From contig JBITNC010000001.1 in NCBI GenBank assembly GCA_050084985.1, forward strand, positions 93,620,001-93,684,000: a stretch of 64,000 nt of DNA. Reading direction: 5' to 3'. The position numbers were made by a program, and so were the translations under genes. Numbering within the stretch: the first letter of the stretch is position 1; each line of letters opens with the position of its first letter. This DNA is from Nageia nagi (taxonomy: Eukaryota; Plantae; Pinophyta). Below are positions 26,196-40,799 of this stretch, in pieces. The notes under the pieces were generated by a model, which searched no databases, was not told the origin of the DNA, and was given only the letters and a program-made list of their open reading frames with translations.

Positions 26196-26699
26196 TATGC
26201 CACTTTACTTCCATTAGTAAGAAGTTTATTCATTATGGATAAATACCAATTTACTTCTATTACTAGGAAGTGTATTTATGCATTGATGGAAGTTGAATCC
26301 TTGTTAATAGATTAATGCTACCTTCATCCATCATTTGCATCTTGACTAGTAGTATGGTTAAGTTGACATTATTTATGATTTGTACATCTCTATAGAGAAG
26401 TTGACTTATGGATTTATATAGTTAAGATGTCATGGTCAAGTAAATTTTATCTTATGCCATATTAAATAAGGCATTTATTTGAAAGATTTTGTATAGATTC
26501 TAATCTAGTGATCAAAATGCCTTAGTGATTGATTTATATATTTGAAACTTCCCTCATGAATGGTGCATTAGTTGTTAGAGATAATGTAATGACTATGAGT
26601 TTGAAATTTGTTAAAGGTAATTTGTTTGACCTTTCTACAAATATGCTTAACCATATTTTAGATAAATAATTTCGTATGATAGCCTATATATTTGAGAAA

Positions 26700-29075
26700 G
26701 ATAAGGCAACAACTGTAACTAAACCTTTTTAGCTTATGCATTTATATTTGATGGGTATATTTATGACTAAGTCACTTAGAAGAGCATATTATATCTTGAC
26801 CTTTATTAATAAATTTAGCAAAATGATATTTGGTTATCTTCTAGAGCATAAGGATCAAACCTTTGATAGGTTCAAAGATGTCAAAGCTTTGATTGAAAAT
26901 TGGTCTAGATTCAAAATCTAGATGTTGAGATCTGATAATGGAGATGAGTATAATAGTAATGAATTCGATAATTTTTGTACCAATTATAGAATGATTTAAC
27001 TAAAAAGAAAAATAGTACCATTCAAGAATTGACAAGATGTATGTTAGGAGATTTTCCTAGCTTCTTATGGGATGAAGTTATAAATACTATAATATACATC
27101 TTAAATAGATGTCCTATGAAAATAATTGAAAGCAAAAATCCATATGAGGCATGGAAAAGGAAGAAACCTAACATCTCTCACTTCAAAGTCTTTGGCTATG
27201 ATGCTTATGCCTTTATTATTCTTAAGAAAAATAAAAAGTTCGATAAGATATTCAAAAAGTGTATTTTTATGGGCTATGATAGTCAACATAGAGGCTACAT
27301 GCTATATCAACCTTCCTCTAAAGTAGTATTTTTATCTAAGAATGTAAAGTTTAATAAACTTCTTGAAGAGTCTGCTTCTTGTAAAAACCTAGATGAGGGT
27401 GATGATTCTTTTGTTGCATCTAATTGGGTGGATGTTAATGTGGATATGTCACCTAAGGAATAAAACTCTCTAACATAAACGATAACAAAAAGTATGACCA
27501 TTAATAAATCTTTATTTACCAAAATTGATAGCAAGAATGAGCCCTCATGCTTAAGGAAGCTTCAAAGCATGAGTGTTGGATGAATGCAATGAATGTGGAG
27601 TATGAAGCTCTAATGAAGAATCAAACTTAGAATTTGGTTTCTTATCTTAATAAATAAAATATGATTGATAATAAATAGGTTTACAAGGTTAAATATAATT
27701 CATTTGGAGAAATTGAAAAATATAAATCAAGGTTAGTATCCAAGCATTTTGCACAAAAATATGAAGTTGATTATGAGGAAACCTTTGCTCCAATGGAAAA
27801 GATGCCTACTGTCAGGGTAATCCTTGCTCTTTCAATAGCTCAAATATAGAAAGTTTTTCAACTTGATGTCAAATGTGCTTTTATTAATGGTGACTTATAT
27901 GTGAAAATCTATATGAGCCAACTAGAAGGGTTTGTTGGGAAGGCAAATAATATTTTGTTTGCAAGTTATAGAAGTCTTTGTATAGACTTAAGAAAACACC
28001 TCAAGCTTGGTACAAAAAGATTTCAAGATACTTTGAGGATATTGGATTTTCTAAATGCTTCTCTGAAATAGATCTTTATATGCTCAACCAAGGAAAATAC
28101 TTGATCTTGATTCTTCTTTATGTAGATGATTTTTTGATTACATGGAATAATATTATCCCCATACAAGAATGCATATCCAAATTCAAGGTAACTTTTGAAA
28201 TGACATACCTTGGTCTATTGTACTACTACATTTGTATGCAAGTATACCAATACAAAGATTGCACTTATCTTAGTTAATCCAATTATATCTCATATATCTT
28301 ACAAAGTTTTGGAATGGAGGAGTGCAGACAAGCTGTAATCCCAATTTCTCCTAGAATCACTTTATCTCTTTATTCCAACTCTTAGTTGGAAGATGCTACA
28401 GCTTATAAGCAACTAATTGGTAGTATTCTTTATTTAACTATCTTCAGTCTATATATTACCTTTTACATGAATTTTATGGCTCATTTTATGCAAAAATAAT
28501 ATGTTGAGCACCTCAATGCAGCTAAGAAAATTTTAAGGTATATTGCAGGAACTAAAAATCTTGCTCTCAAGTATGATAATTTGCCCCCATTTGTTCTCTC
28601 AAGATTCTCATATTCTAACTATGGGGGAGATAGAGATGATAGAAAATCAATTTTTGATTGTGTATTTATAATTATTTTAAGTGCTATCTCTTGGAATTCC
28701 AATAAGTATCCTACTATTGTTCTCTCCACCACAAAGGTTGAATATCATGCAATATCAATTGTAGCCCAAGAAACCATTTGGTTTAGGTATCTTCATAAGG
28801 AAATTAGGTATGAGCAAGTTTTTTCATCTCAAATTCCTTCATATAATTAGTCATTTAATTATTTATCAAAGAATCATATTTTCCATAAGAGAATAAAGCA
28901 TGTAGAAATCCAAGCCCTCTTCATCAGAGAGAAAGTTTTGGATGGTCTTCTACACTTGTAGTATTGTCCATCAGTCCTAAACTCTACTAATTTATTTACC
29001 AATCCCCTTCTTGAAGCTTAGTTCTCCAATATTAGGGATTCTATTAGGTTGATGAAGTTGCCTTCGAAAAAGGAG
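26700..29075 (+). pseudogene. pol: Copia integrase - reverse transcriptase - RNase H
   Basis: Integrase motifs YYILTFINKFSK, LRSDNGDEY and YILNRCP..FKVFG. RT motifs DYEETFAP, QLDVK and LLYVDD. RNase H motifs LSTTKVEY and KHVEI. Confidence 0.9.
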
Positions 29076-30715
29076 TAAAGGTTGAATTCATTGTAATTTC
29101 TTCCTTCTTAATAAAGTTGTTGGGCACTTTGTTTTTTATTTTTTGTTTGTATACCTTTCTTATACATTATTTTTTGGTGACTATAAGTAATGGCTTGGCA
29201 TCTTAATGATAACTTATAGTTCATCATAAATCCAAGCACATTATATTAGGGAGAAAGTTTTTGATGGAACAATTGTAGCTTTGTTCATCTGACTTTGACT
29301 CTCTTGATTTATTCACTAGATCACTTTAGAAACTTTGTTGTGCATACTTTACAAGTTTTTCATGGTTAGTGAAGTTATCTTCAAGGGGGCATGAAGTCTG
29401 AATTACTTTTTTGAATTCATATTTGAGATGACAACTTCATCTCTAAGAGGATATTTTATTGTATAGTATTGATTTTAAATGTACATCTTTGTGGTTAGTT
29501 TGCTCTGTGTGAGGAACTCATGGTATATTTTTATTTTAGTTATCACTATATGAGGAATCAGTATGTGTTTATTGGCATTGTTTGGTTATCCATATGTGAG
29601 TAATTCATATGTGCATATGCTCCTTTTTTATTTTTGATCAACATATATTTCTAATATACACCAGATGACTATGAGTATTATCTTTTCATCTTCGTGATGA
29701 CTTATAGTGCATCATTCATTAGTTTATGAATGTCATTACTTAGTTAATTTATATTATAATTGATATGAGTGTTTTGTGATGCATCTAAGTGATCTTGTTT
29801 ATGAGCTACTTGTAGCTTGCAAGTTTCATCTTGAGAATGCAGGTTACTTACTTCGGATGGACAGGCTCATGGAGGCTCACATGTCAAACTAGTGTTGATT
29901 GACTACACTTTACAGTGAAACTAGTTATAGTTAATGATTGTATTGTAAACCATTTTGTCAAATGGTATTGTAGTGAGTTTCAAACTAAGATCTTACTTAT
30001 TTCTCAAATATGTAATAGTTTTCATCTCCACTTGTATCTATATGGAGGAGAACTCTCTCTTACTTTCTCTTTCTTCTTTTTTCTATGCTCTATCCCAATA
30101 TTACATTAAGAGGAAGTGTTAGAATTTGTAATGTAACATTGTGTAATATTTCTCTTTAATGTAAATTCACTTAATTCTTAAAGTATCTTTAGATACCTTA
30201 AAGCATTAAGGGAATAAAAATAGGAATGGGGTTAAATATAGAAAGGAGATTAAATATAGAAATATCTTTAACCTTACCCTTGGGTTAAAGAGTAGGTTTC
30301 TTCTTATAAATAGAGAGGTACCCCCCCTCTCATGTTGTACAACTTGTAAGCAAGTTTTGTTATAGGTTTAGTGTTTGGAGAGAAAGGAGAGATTCTATAA
30401 GAGAGATCCTTAAGAATAAGATCTTAGTTAGTGGATGTACTTCCAAGGAGGGAGGAACCACTTTATATCTTGTGTTCATTATGAGATTGGTTTATGTTAT
30501 TATGCTATTGTGTTGATGTTGTGAGTGTTTTTTTGAGATCTTGATAGATTAGAAGTTAATTCAGAAAGGGTTAATTTCATCATTATCATGACTCGATCAA
30601 TCGGTAAATTTTCACACCACCTTATCCATTTCACTTTATTCAACAAAAATGGTAATAAAAGTCTCATATCCTCAAGATTTTATGATTTTATATGGTCAAT
30701 ATACCAATAAGTGGT

Positions 30716-32925
30716 TGTTGGGATACTAATACATTAAGGATAATTATAGAATATATGTTAATTATAGGATATAGGATACTTATAGAATGGAGGTTAATTA
30801 TATGTTAGAGAATAATTATGGAACAAAGTTTATTTTTAGGATAATAATTATTTTTATAAGTATGTTATTCCTTATCTATTTTTAGTTCTTATGTCTTGTA
30901 TTTATACTTGATTAATGAATGTAATAAATCAACTCTCTCATTCAAATATATTATGATATCAGAGCATATCTTGTAGGAAATCCATTCCTTACTTCCAATC
31001 ACTTATGAAGATTTTTTCATACAAATATTTAAAGCTCAAGGAGAAAGGATGTCTATTTTGAATCCTATGCTAGTTTTCTTATCTGTTGCACATACACCAA
31101 AATTCCATATTACATGTTGTTGTACATATACTAGACCTACATACTCCTTATTTATTTACACTCAATTGTATGAAAGATAAAGATGTCCTACAAACATAAT
31201 GTGTGAATATAGAAGGTGAAAATATTGCATATGCTCGATAATCCTTCTGTACACTAGTTACAAGCGTGAAATACTTATCCAGTGAATGAAACTATGAACA
31301 AATTTGTTTGGAAAAAAAATCATCCCAAGACTAGTGAAAAGCAAAGTTTACTATCATTTTTCACTTAAATGTGCTCACATTAATATGGAATTGAGCTCCA
31401 TTTCATAGTATTAGTTTTAGAATCCTATAAAATCTTATATAGGATCTACAGAAAATGGATGATTTCTTGAATGTTTTAGTAAAAATGGCACAAATAGATC
31501 CAAAAATCCTCCTTCCTAACTCTCAAGTATTGAAAGGAAATAATTATACTTCCTAGAAGATAAAAATTCAAACCATTCTTGAATTTGAAGGCCTATGGGA
31601 AATTGTTAATGGGATTGAGAAATGTCCAAAAATTATTGGATATCCACAAAAAGAGTTTGATCAATATAATAGAAAGGTGCATATGATACTCCTTGGAATC
31701 TTGGATGATATCCAACCCCATGTTCATGATTCCAAGGATGTTGTTGAATCCAAGAAGAAATTACAATAAGTGTTTGAATCAAAGAATCAAAATCAGATAC
31801 TTCATCTTCAAGGATAATTACACAATTTGAAGTCGAAATATGGAGATAAGTTAGAATTTTTACTTCTCCAAGTTGTGATACTTTGTACCTTCCTACAAGT
31901 ATAAGGATCTTCTTGTACCCATTATCTTGAGAGCTCTCCCAAAGTCCTAATGTATCTTTGTGACATCCTTGAACATCACCAAATAGAAGCTTGACTTTGA
32001 AGAGTTAGTGAATATGTTTCAATAAGTGGAGGCCTTACATGAGAATTCAAATGAAGATGGGCATGAAATGGTGTTCTCTTAGAAAGTTGAGAAGCAAAAA
32101 AAGTAAAAAGGTAAGTCATAAGATCCCAAAAAATTGAAAAAGTGTCGCTTGATTTATGGAATTAAGGGGCATGAATTGCAAGATTGTTGGTCCAACTCTT
32201 TTGCTCAATATTCTTCAAGTGAAAAAAAAAATAGAAAGGATCACCTCCCAGTAACAAAGGAGAATGGAAAAATAAAATACCAAAAGAATATCAACAAGGA
32301 AATGTTGTTAATACTAAAGAAGAGGAGTTTGATACTTTGAATGGGAAATGTTATCTCATTTAAGAAAAATCTAACAATCATATTATGGCTTGAGAAATAG
32401 GAGTTAAGAAGATGTTCCTACTTGATGTTATGGCTTTCAAAAATTAGGCACTCATATTTTGTGTTGTGAATGTCACCACTTTGTGGCACAGATGATATGG
32501 ATACATGAATCTCAACTACTTTATTAACTTGTAAAAAAAGAAGATGGTCCATGGACTTCCCTCTCTTAGTTCTCATGCATCTATTTTCTATTCTTGCATT
32601 GTAGGAAAATACATCAAATTCCTTTTGAGACTAGTACCCATCATGCTAAGGAACCTCTTGATGAGATTCATTCCAATTTGTGCACCCTATTAAAGCTATC
32701 CACAATGATTATCAATATTTCCTATTCTTTATTGATGATTACTCCCAAAAGATGTGAATGTATTACTTGAGAACAAAGTTAGAGTCCTTTGAGTTCTTCA
32801 AGGAGTTAAAGATTCATGTGGAGAATGCCATTAGTTGTCACATCCATGTACTTCCCTCATATTAAGGGGAAAGAGTACACATCAAACGAGTTTTCTTCTT
32901 TGTTGAAAGAGAGTGAGATTCAATG
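30716..32925 (+). mobile_element. Truncated Ty1/copia: short LTR, PBS, gag, zinc knuckle, partial integrase
   Basis: TGTTGG at 30716 and TGATATCAGAGC at 30954. Translates as LKGNNY..GLWEIVNG, GIKGHELQDC, LWHR and FFIDDYSQK. Confidence 0.7.
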
Positions 32926-32929
32926 ATAA

Positions 32930-34650
32930 GAGATTGAAAGTGTAAGTGAATATTATGTGAGAGAAAATAATATTATGAATAATATATATACTCTTAGACA
33001 GACTTTAGAAATAATGGTGGTTGTAAAAAAGGTATTAAGATCATTTACTCCTAAATGGGACCATCTTGCAATAATCATAGAGGAAAGCAAATATTTTACT
33101 AAACTTGATTTTGAATACCTTGTTGGTTCTCTTGTATCACATGAGGAGATACTAAGAGATATAAATAAAAAGGGAGATGAAACTATCTTTAATTCAAAGT
33201 TGAAATATTTTTTTTTTTAAAAGATGAGAATGAGCCTAACTCAAGTAGAAGAAGAGGTATAAAATAGAACCATACAAGAGGTAGATGAAGAAGAGGAAGA
33301 GGGACTTCTAAGTTTGGAAGAGGAAGGACAAAATGAAAGAAATTTGAATGCAACGATTATCACAAGTTGTATTACATTGCAAAATATCATTGGTAAAAGA
33401 TTGCAAATGAGAACAAAAAGACACATTAGGTTTGTGAAGATGAAGACTCTCGATGTAATCTTTCTTACCTAATGATATGGTGGGAAATACTAGCAAGGAA
33501 GTTTGGTATTTGGATTCTAGTTTCTCTAATAATATGATTAGAAAAAAGAATTTATGTGATGATATTAATGATATTTTTAAGTCAAAAATTATGCTTGGAA
33601 ATAACAAGTGTTTAGAAGTGGTTGGAAAAGGTTCCATGGAGGTTGTAACAAACTAAGGTACAAAAAGAATCAATGATATTTTTTATGCACTAATTTTGAA
33701 GAATAATTTGTCAAGTGTTGGATAACTTATTGAAAAGAATTACAAAGTTGTATTTGGAAATAATCAGTACATTATTTATGACAAGGGCATTAGAAATTGT
33801 GTTTCACTATTGTTCCATTTTATAAAAAAGAATGTTTCCCTTCAAGTTTTATAACAAGGGAAGTGCTAACTTAGAAAATTTGGCACTTGAAGACAAGAAT
33901 GGCTATGGCATTTAAGTTTTGGTAACTTTAATTTTAAGAATTTGAAGTTTTTGTCTACAAAAAGTATAGTGAATGTACTACCAAATGTTGAAGAGCGCAA
34001 AGGTGTGTGTGGAACTTGTATGATGGGTAAGCATACTAGGACAGAGTTCCCACAAGGCAAGGTATGGAGAACCACATATCCTCTTCAACTAGTTTATTCT
34101 AATAGATATGATCCAATGCAAACATAAGGCTTTGGTCACCTACAAGTCCAACTAAATATACTTTAATTACAAGCACTATTTACTCCTATTCAAGCCCAAA
34201 GTAAAAGGTAAATAAAGGGAAGAGGAAATTGCAAGCTCATCGACCCAACCAAATGATGTATAAGAATTTTGAATTCAAGCAAAAGAAATACACCAAGGGA
34301 TTTGTAGAATGGAGGAGCTATAAGTTGATGGTGATGATGAAGAGGAACCCAAAAGTGAGATGATGCATTATGTGTTATTATATTAAATTGATTTATAACA
34401 TTCTTTTTTTAAGGATTTGTATACTAATGGTGTTTGGGTTCAAGGAATGGAAAATGAAATTCAATACATAGAAAAGAATGATACTTGGGAACTAATGGAG
34501 CTTCCTAAAGGAAAAAAGGTTATTGGTTCAAAATGAATATTAAAACAAAGTATAACAATGATGGAAACATACAAAAGCATAAAGCAAGACTAGTTGCAAA
34601 GTGTTTTAAACAAAGATATGACATGGACTATGAAGGGACTTTTGCCCCTA
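32930..34650 (+). mobile_element. Second, internally deleted Ty1/copia fragment (gag C-term, protease, pre-integrase, RT start)
   Basis: VVKKVLRSFTPKWDH..IEESK, VWYLDS, LWHLSFG..VCGTCMMGKHTR, then IEKNDTWEL..HKARLVAK..DYEGTFAP. Confidence 0.8.
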
Positions 34651-37600
34651 GGAAACAAAAAGTTCCATAGAATCATACCACTTACATATGAAGGGAGTAT
34701 GGATGAAATTTGTTCTTATTGCAGTTCATAGGATGGTTGATTTGTTGTTCCATACTTTGGATTTTATTGTGTATATACACTACTAGTGTAGCCAATTAAG
34801 CAAGGAAAATGGTTTTTCCCATATTTTTAAGGTTGATCATATTGAAAATAGGTCATGGTGAAAGAAAAATAAAATTTTGAATGATCATGTTACTTTTAGC
34901 AATTTCAACCCATTAATTGTGTGGGTTAAAAATCAAAGTGAAAAATGTTGGATTGAGGTTTAGTATGTATGAATGCACCTTATCTCTATAAGGTTACATG
35001 TGCAAATATTCTATAAAGGTACATACACTATGAGATAGATTAATCAAGGAGAGGGGAGTGGAGCTTGAAGTTGTTATAATAGGGGTTGATGTTGATGTTG
35101 AGGTTATTATGCTTGAAAGAAGTAGCAGTAACCACATTAACTATGAACATTGGAAACAATAATGTTTAGGGAACATGCTTTCTTAGAACTCGATTAATGA
35201 AGGACCAACTGCATATATCTTAAGTGCTAATTTTATTTTCTATATATATAATTTTTGGAATTTTTTATGCTATGCAATTTCTTAATAGCCTTTTTTTACA
35301 CTTGTTAATATCGAAAATAAGGAATAACATCAATAGAGTAAATGGATAGCCCCAACAACCTAATAATTTTACATAATCGATTGGGTTAGGGATTGAATAA
35401 CAAAAGAAAATACAACATAAGTTAATCAACCCGATTGATAACAATATTTATATGGCACAAGATGATTCATCTATTTAATACTTAGATAAACTCATTGAAG
35501 CAACATGTGATTGTTGCAAGGGAATAACTATAATCAACAACATAATAAATCAAATGGCTAAAGAACCATTTATCACTTGTGAGGATGACTTTGATACAAG
35601 TGTTAAATGAACATGAGATTTCATCAAGAAAATTTTGATATAGAAGTATCCACCATTATTAACATCATTTTCAAGTTTCCCTCTAATTTCTCAAGGCATA
35701 AACTCTCAAAGGTAAAATTTTGGCACATATTTAGAAAGAGTAATAGAAAGAGATGGATACAGAAAAACACAAGTAGACAACTCATTGTATACAATGTAGT
35801 GTAGTGTCAAAGTAATGCATTGAGGGTTGTATATGTTATTTATTGTACTAATAATAATACTTTGCAAAACATATGTGCATTATATTTAGTTGTGATCCTA
35901 TATTATTATAAAAATTATTCATTTTTATCAAAAATTTAAAAAAAAATTCTTAACTGGGAAGTGATCTCGAATGATCACACATCCACTAAAAGTGTATTGT
36001 ATAATGTTAATTTGAGAATTAACAACATCAATTATTGTTCAAATAATATAATTACATGTATTAAAAATATTCATTGGACATGGAATTAAAGAAGGAAAAT
36101 AAAGGAAATAATATTGATACAACGTTGTTCAAATAGTTTCCTGATCTTTCTTAAAGTTACTTAACCTTGTACAAAGTCACCTAACCCCAATAAGAGCAAG
36201 CTGAACCATTGGAGGGTTGCCTTACCTAGCCTCATTTCTTTTGAATAATTTTCCTTGACCCTTAAGAAAGTGGCCCAGAATTACCAATTTTTTGGTATCC
36301 TTTTTATAAGCGATTTTATTATAAGAAGACTTAGGTAAATTGGAAGGTTATTTTTTCTTTGAAATTCTCTTTTTTTATTAATAAGGTCAATTTTGTATTA
36401 ATAAAAAAATCTTAGAGTTTTAGAGGATCTCTAAAAACCTTTACAAGATGTTATCTTTAGATATGCTTATACAACCACAATGTTGAGATATCCAAATATA
36501 CATCATTTTGCTCTATTTTCAAAATATAGAGAAACTTCAAACTTTCCCAAGCTAGATTTCAAACTAAAATAACATACATTTATTTTGATTTCAGTTTTTT
36601 CCTATTTTGCACCATAAAAAAAAAAAACTTAAAATTCCTAGGACTTTCTCTATTACATGTGGTGAAAAACTAGTGTCATAGTCAAAGTCGTATTATTGTG
36701 CAATATGCTCTTTGCCAAACTAAAGAGCATCCACTAAATTCTAATCCAGACTACATATTACCATAATATAATGATATTTACTAGTTTTCTTAATTTTTCC
36801 TTATCTCTATAATTTGCTATCTTGAATTGAAAAAAAACATTACAAAAGAAATGTTGACCAGGTTTACCACTTTAAACTACCTTCTTTTATTCAACCTTCT
36901 ACATAATTTTTTATTCATTAAAATTAGGAGTATTTAAAAATACTATGAACCATATCAACTATAAAACAACAAGATAGAGGAGAATGAAGCAATTGTTGTT
37001 AAGTCTTTTGATTTATTTCCTAATCCTTCATCAAACTAAATGATAGTGATTTGTTTTTATATTGGTAAAATGAACTTCGTCTATTGATAGTTGTCTTTGA
37101 AAAACATTTATCCATCCTCTTCTAAAGTATATCCCTAAAATGTGGATTCTCCTAAATGTTTTCAAATAGAAGGCTTGGTTATCCTTTCTGTAATATAGCC
37201 TATGCTAACATTCTATTATGAAGTTGAAACTCCTTATGCAATTTGATTGGGATTATCTTTAGTATTTTTTTGTTAGTTTTCTCTGCTAGAAAAGGGATTC
37301 CCTCTACTTTTTATATCTACTCATCATTCCCTTATTATGTTTAATTATGCTTCTACTCAACTCCCTTCACTTCATTTGCAAGTTTTTATCTGATACACAT
37401 CAGGTGGAATGACATTGTATATGCCAATGGTCTATATGTTAATCTCCTAGTCATAGTCAATGTCGTTGTTGGTCTCTTTTACTTTTGTTCTTATCATATT
37501 CAAATGTTCTTTTTGTTCATATTTCTTCTTGTTTGTATTCTTTTATTTCTTCCTTTTAGTTACCTCTCCTTTTTATGCCTATTTTGGGTCTTTATTCTAG

Positions 37601-38483
37601 TTTTAGGAACAAATTGTATGCTTGGTAAAAACTTTTTTACTCCTTTTCTTTCCCTCTTCCCACTGGAGATATCCTTTTGTACCTCTTCATCCTTATTCTA
37701 TTATGCTTCATTATGTCCCTCTATGGAAACTAGGTGGTCTTCAATGTCTATTACCTTTGTGTGTTATTGTAGTGGTGGATGCGCCTATATTGTATGCGCC
37801 TTTAACATACATTCTTCAAAAGAAATTGATCAATCAGTACTCACTTTGTATTGATATTCCAATACAATCAAAGTCCACATTATCCAAAACTCACAAACCT
37901 AAGGCCTCATATATCCCTCATTGGCAAATTGAATAAATACCAATAGAGAAAATTAAACAAATTTAGTGAATAATTATTAAGTGGATCTTCTAGAACCTAT
38001 ATGGTTAATAAAAATATTACTAAAAATCATAAATTTAACTACATCACTCCCTCAAATCTAAATGTACGTAAATTCTAAATACATAAAAGGAACAACAATC
38101 TTTGTATTAATTTCAGGTCTTTTTACTCCATATATCTTAGATTTATCATAATAAGAAAATATTTACTAATTATTTTCCTACAAGTCTTTCAAAGTGTGGA
38201 CTCCATCGATTTTACAATTTATCATCAAATTCCTTTTCAAATTTTGAAATATTTACCAATACATTCCTTAAGCACTTGCAAATTTATAATAAACTTAAGG
38301 TTAAATGTATTCATCTTATGAATTTAAAGAATGAATTTAATAAGAAAATCATCGAGTATAGTTAAATTCATAACCATGCTTGCAAAAAAGGAAACTAAAT
38401 TATCCAATGATGAGAGCTATGACTTTTAAAATTTGTGTAATCTTGCCAAATGTATTGACTCTATACTATTACATGCAGTGAAG

Positions 38484-38730
38484 TAAAACATAATTTCAAA
38501 TATAATTCCAAGAGTAAAGCTTTTAAGTGATTGCAATAGCAGAGTTAAATCAGTCACACATGAAGATAAGTTTAAATTCAAAAAGAATAAAGAGATTATG
38601 ATAAGAACTAAAACATAATTTCAAATATAATTCTAAGAGTAAATATTTTAAGTGATTGCAATAGAAGAGTTAAATTACTTACACATGAATATAATTTTAA
38701 ATTAAAAAAGCATAAAGAGATTGTAATAAG
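38484..38730. repeat. ~125-bp direct tandem duplication
   Basis: TAAAACATAATTTCAAATATAATTC...AAAGAGATT..TAAG is present twice. Confidence 0.85.
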
Positions 38731-39299
38731 CTAGTTGAGTCACCTTGATAAATGTTTTTTGAAAGGAAAAATAATAATACAAAAAGTCCCTAATGATTTG
38801 AAGTGAATGAGGCTTGCAATTTTTATAGATCTAAGGGATATTCTATAAAATAAGTATACTAACTTGAAGACTATGATTATGATCTAGAAACATATGAAGG
38901 TCAAATGCAACATACTATATATAATGTTATTGATCCAAGTTACATGTATCTGTATGGTTTTCATATATTTTTTTTATAATGTGTATAATAGATTCAAAAC
39001 ATAAATCAAAGTTCAAATCGCAATAGTCTAGGACAATAAAGAACAAATAGAAAAAAAATGTATATCCTTTGAATAATGCTCCCACTTTACACCAAATGAA
39101 CTATGAAAAGTGTGTAGGAGATGATAGATAGATAGAAATTACTAAAAAATAGTTTAAACTATAAAAAAGGATGAATGATAATAGAAAATAATGGCTGAAG
39201 AAATATTGAGGACTTTTTTTTTTTGGGGTTTATTATTGCCAACAAATAAATCATGATGGAATAATGAACTTGAATAACTAATCTCAAATACCTTAGGAC

Positions 39300-40767
39300 C
39301 AAGTGTGGGATGTTTTCTACATGATTCCATTGTCTCTATGTTGCTCTTTGTATATGATGTGATCATGTTATCTCATATAATAGTTGGGCTTCAACATCAA
39401 GTTGACACTCTAAGAACCTTCTATGATACCCATGGTCTTGAAGTTAATCTAAAAAAAATAAGTTAATATCCTTCAATATGTTACTAGCAAATGCTTCCAA
39501 AAACCACCAAACTTTCCAAGGGAAGCCTATTAAGGTAGTCACCTCTTACACCTATCTAGGTGTGCTCTTCACAGGTCCTACCTTCAACTTGATCCCAGCC
39601 TTCTAGAAAATATTGCATAAAGTTTACGTTGTAATTATCACACTCGAGAAACAATGCTTTCATCTCTAGTTCCAGGAACTAGCTTGAGACACTCTAGTTG
39701 GGCCTGCATTGAGAGGGTTCTCATCAAATGCTCTCAAGATCCATCTAGGCAAAAAAAATTATCCCTTATTCCATCATTTTGATTGAATTCATTGCATACC
39801 CCATGTTGGCCCTTTCCATGTTATCAAACTTTTGAATAGGATCTAATTTTAATAGATTTGGAATCAAAGAGATACCCTCTCTTAGGGCTCAAATCCTCAA
39901 TGAAACTTGTAAGTAAAGGTATTTGTTGGTATTAGTACTTAGAAGCTACCTCTCTTGCTATCCATAAGGCAAAATATTAAGTGACTACCTCCTTAACTCC
40001 CCGATAGAACCTTTAATCCCTCTACCAGAGATATCAGCGAAAGGATCAGGAAGGAAATCTACTCAACTTACTTGAAGACAACATGGATTGAGTTGGAAAA
40101 ATCACTTTCACCAAAGCTTTTACATTATCTTCAAGTTTACATGAAACTAGAGAATGGTGTTATTATCATCCCTGATTACATCAAGCTACACATATGTCAT
40201 GGACTTTGTTACCCCCTTGTCCAAATAAGGGTTTTCTCACACCAGCTTCATATTGAGATAGATCACCATATCCCTAGAGACGAATGTGTATGCAAACAAT
40301 GTAACATTGAACCTAATACTGAAAAGCATTTCATATTTGTTTGTCCCATCTACTATGAAATTCAAGGTCAATTCCATTACTTATTCAAATGTACCCATAC
40401 TCTAAAATCATGTGTGGATTACAAAGACCAAAAATGCATCACACTCTATATTAAAGAAGCCAATCGCCTTAGACAGAAAATTATTGTTGATAAATCTTGC
40501 AACACACCAAGTCCCAAACTTATCATGTCCTATTTTCAACCATAGGTAGCTACAAATCGAAATCATCACATGAACCCTAAAGATTATGGAAGGATCACAT
40601 GTTGACGCATCATTTTTAAAGCATTATTACTAAATCTACTAGGGTTAATCTCTTTTGTTGTAACATTAAGAGCTTCTTTTTTTACCTCAAATGATCATGT
40701 TGATGGAGTTCTTTTGAATACCTTGTGGACCCCACTCATCCAAATCAATGATAAAATAAATTATCTA
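39300..40767 (+). mobile_element. 5'-truncated non-L1 LINE (RTE-X/CR1-like RT end plus C-terminal zinc finger)
   Basis: LLFVYDVIML..GLQHQVDTLRTF..GLEVNL, VVTSYTYLGV, and IRVFSHQLHIE..PRDECVCKQC..TEKHFIFVCPIY (ORF 40072-40545). It ends in an A-rich stretch near 40750. Confidence 0.75.
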
Positions 40768-40799
40768 CGTGGAAGTGGGACATCCCTCTCTTAGGAGCA

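Larger units (their letters stand above)
22716..30582 (+). mobile_element. Ty1/copia LTR retrotransposon, both LTRs present, degenerate
   Basis: LTRs at 22716-23194 and 30117-30582, PBS TGGTATTAGAGCCA at 23197-23210, PPT before 30117 and TSD TTATA/TTATC. Confidence 0.9.

Noticed and set aside
34720-34900. Possible hAT transposase dimerisation-domain relic
   Set aside because: Only a vague motif resemblance, too degenerate to support.
36640-37900. Possible copia RT relic (DYDTSFSP-like) and hydrophobic ORF 37504-37854
   Set aside because: Single weak motif, and the ORF reflects pyrimidine-rich low complexity.
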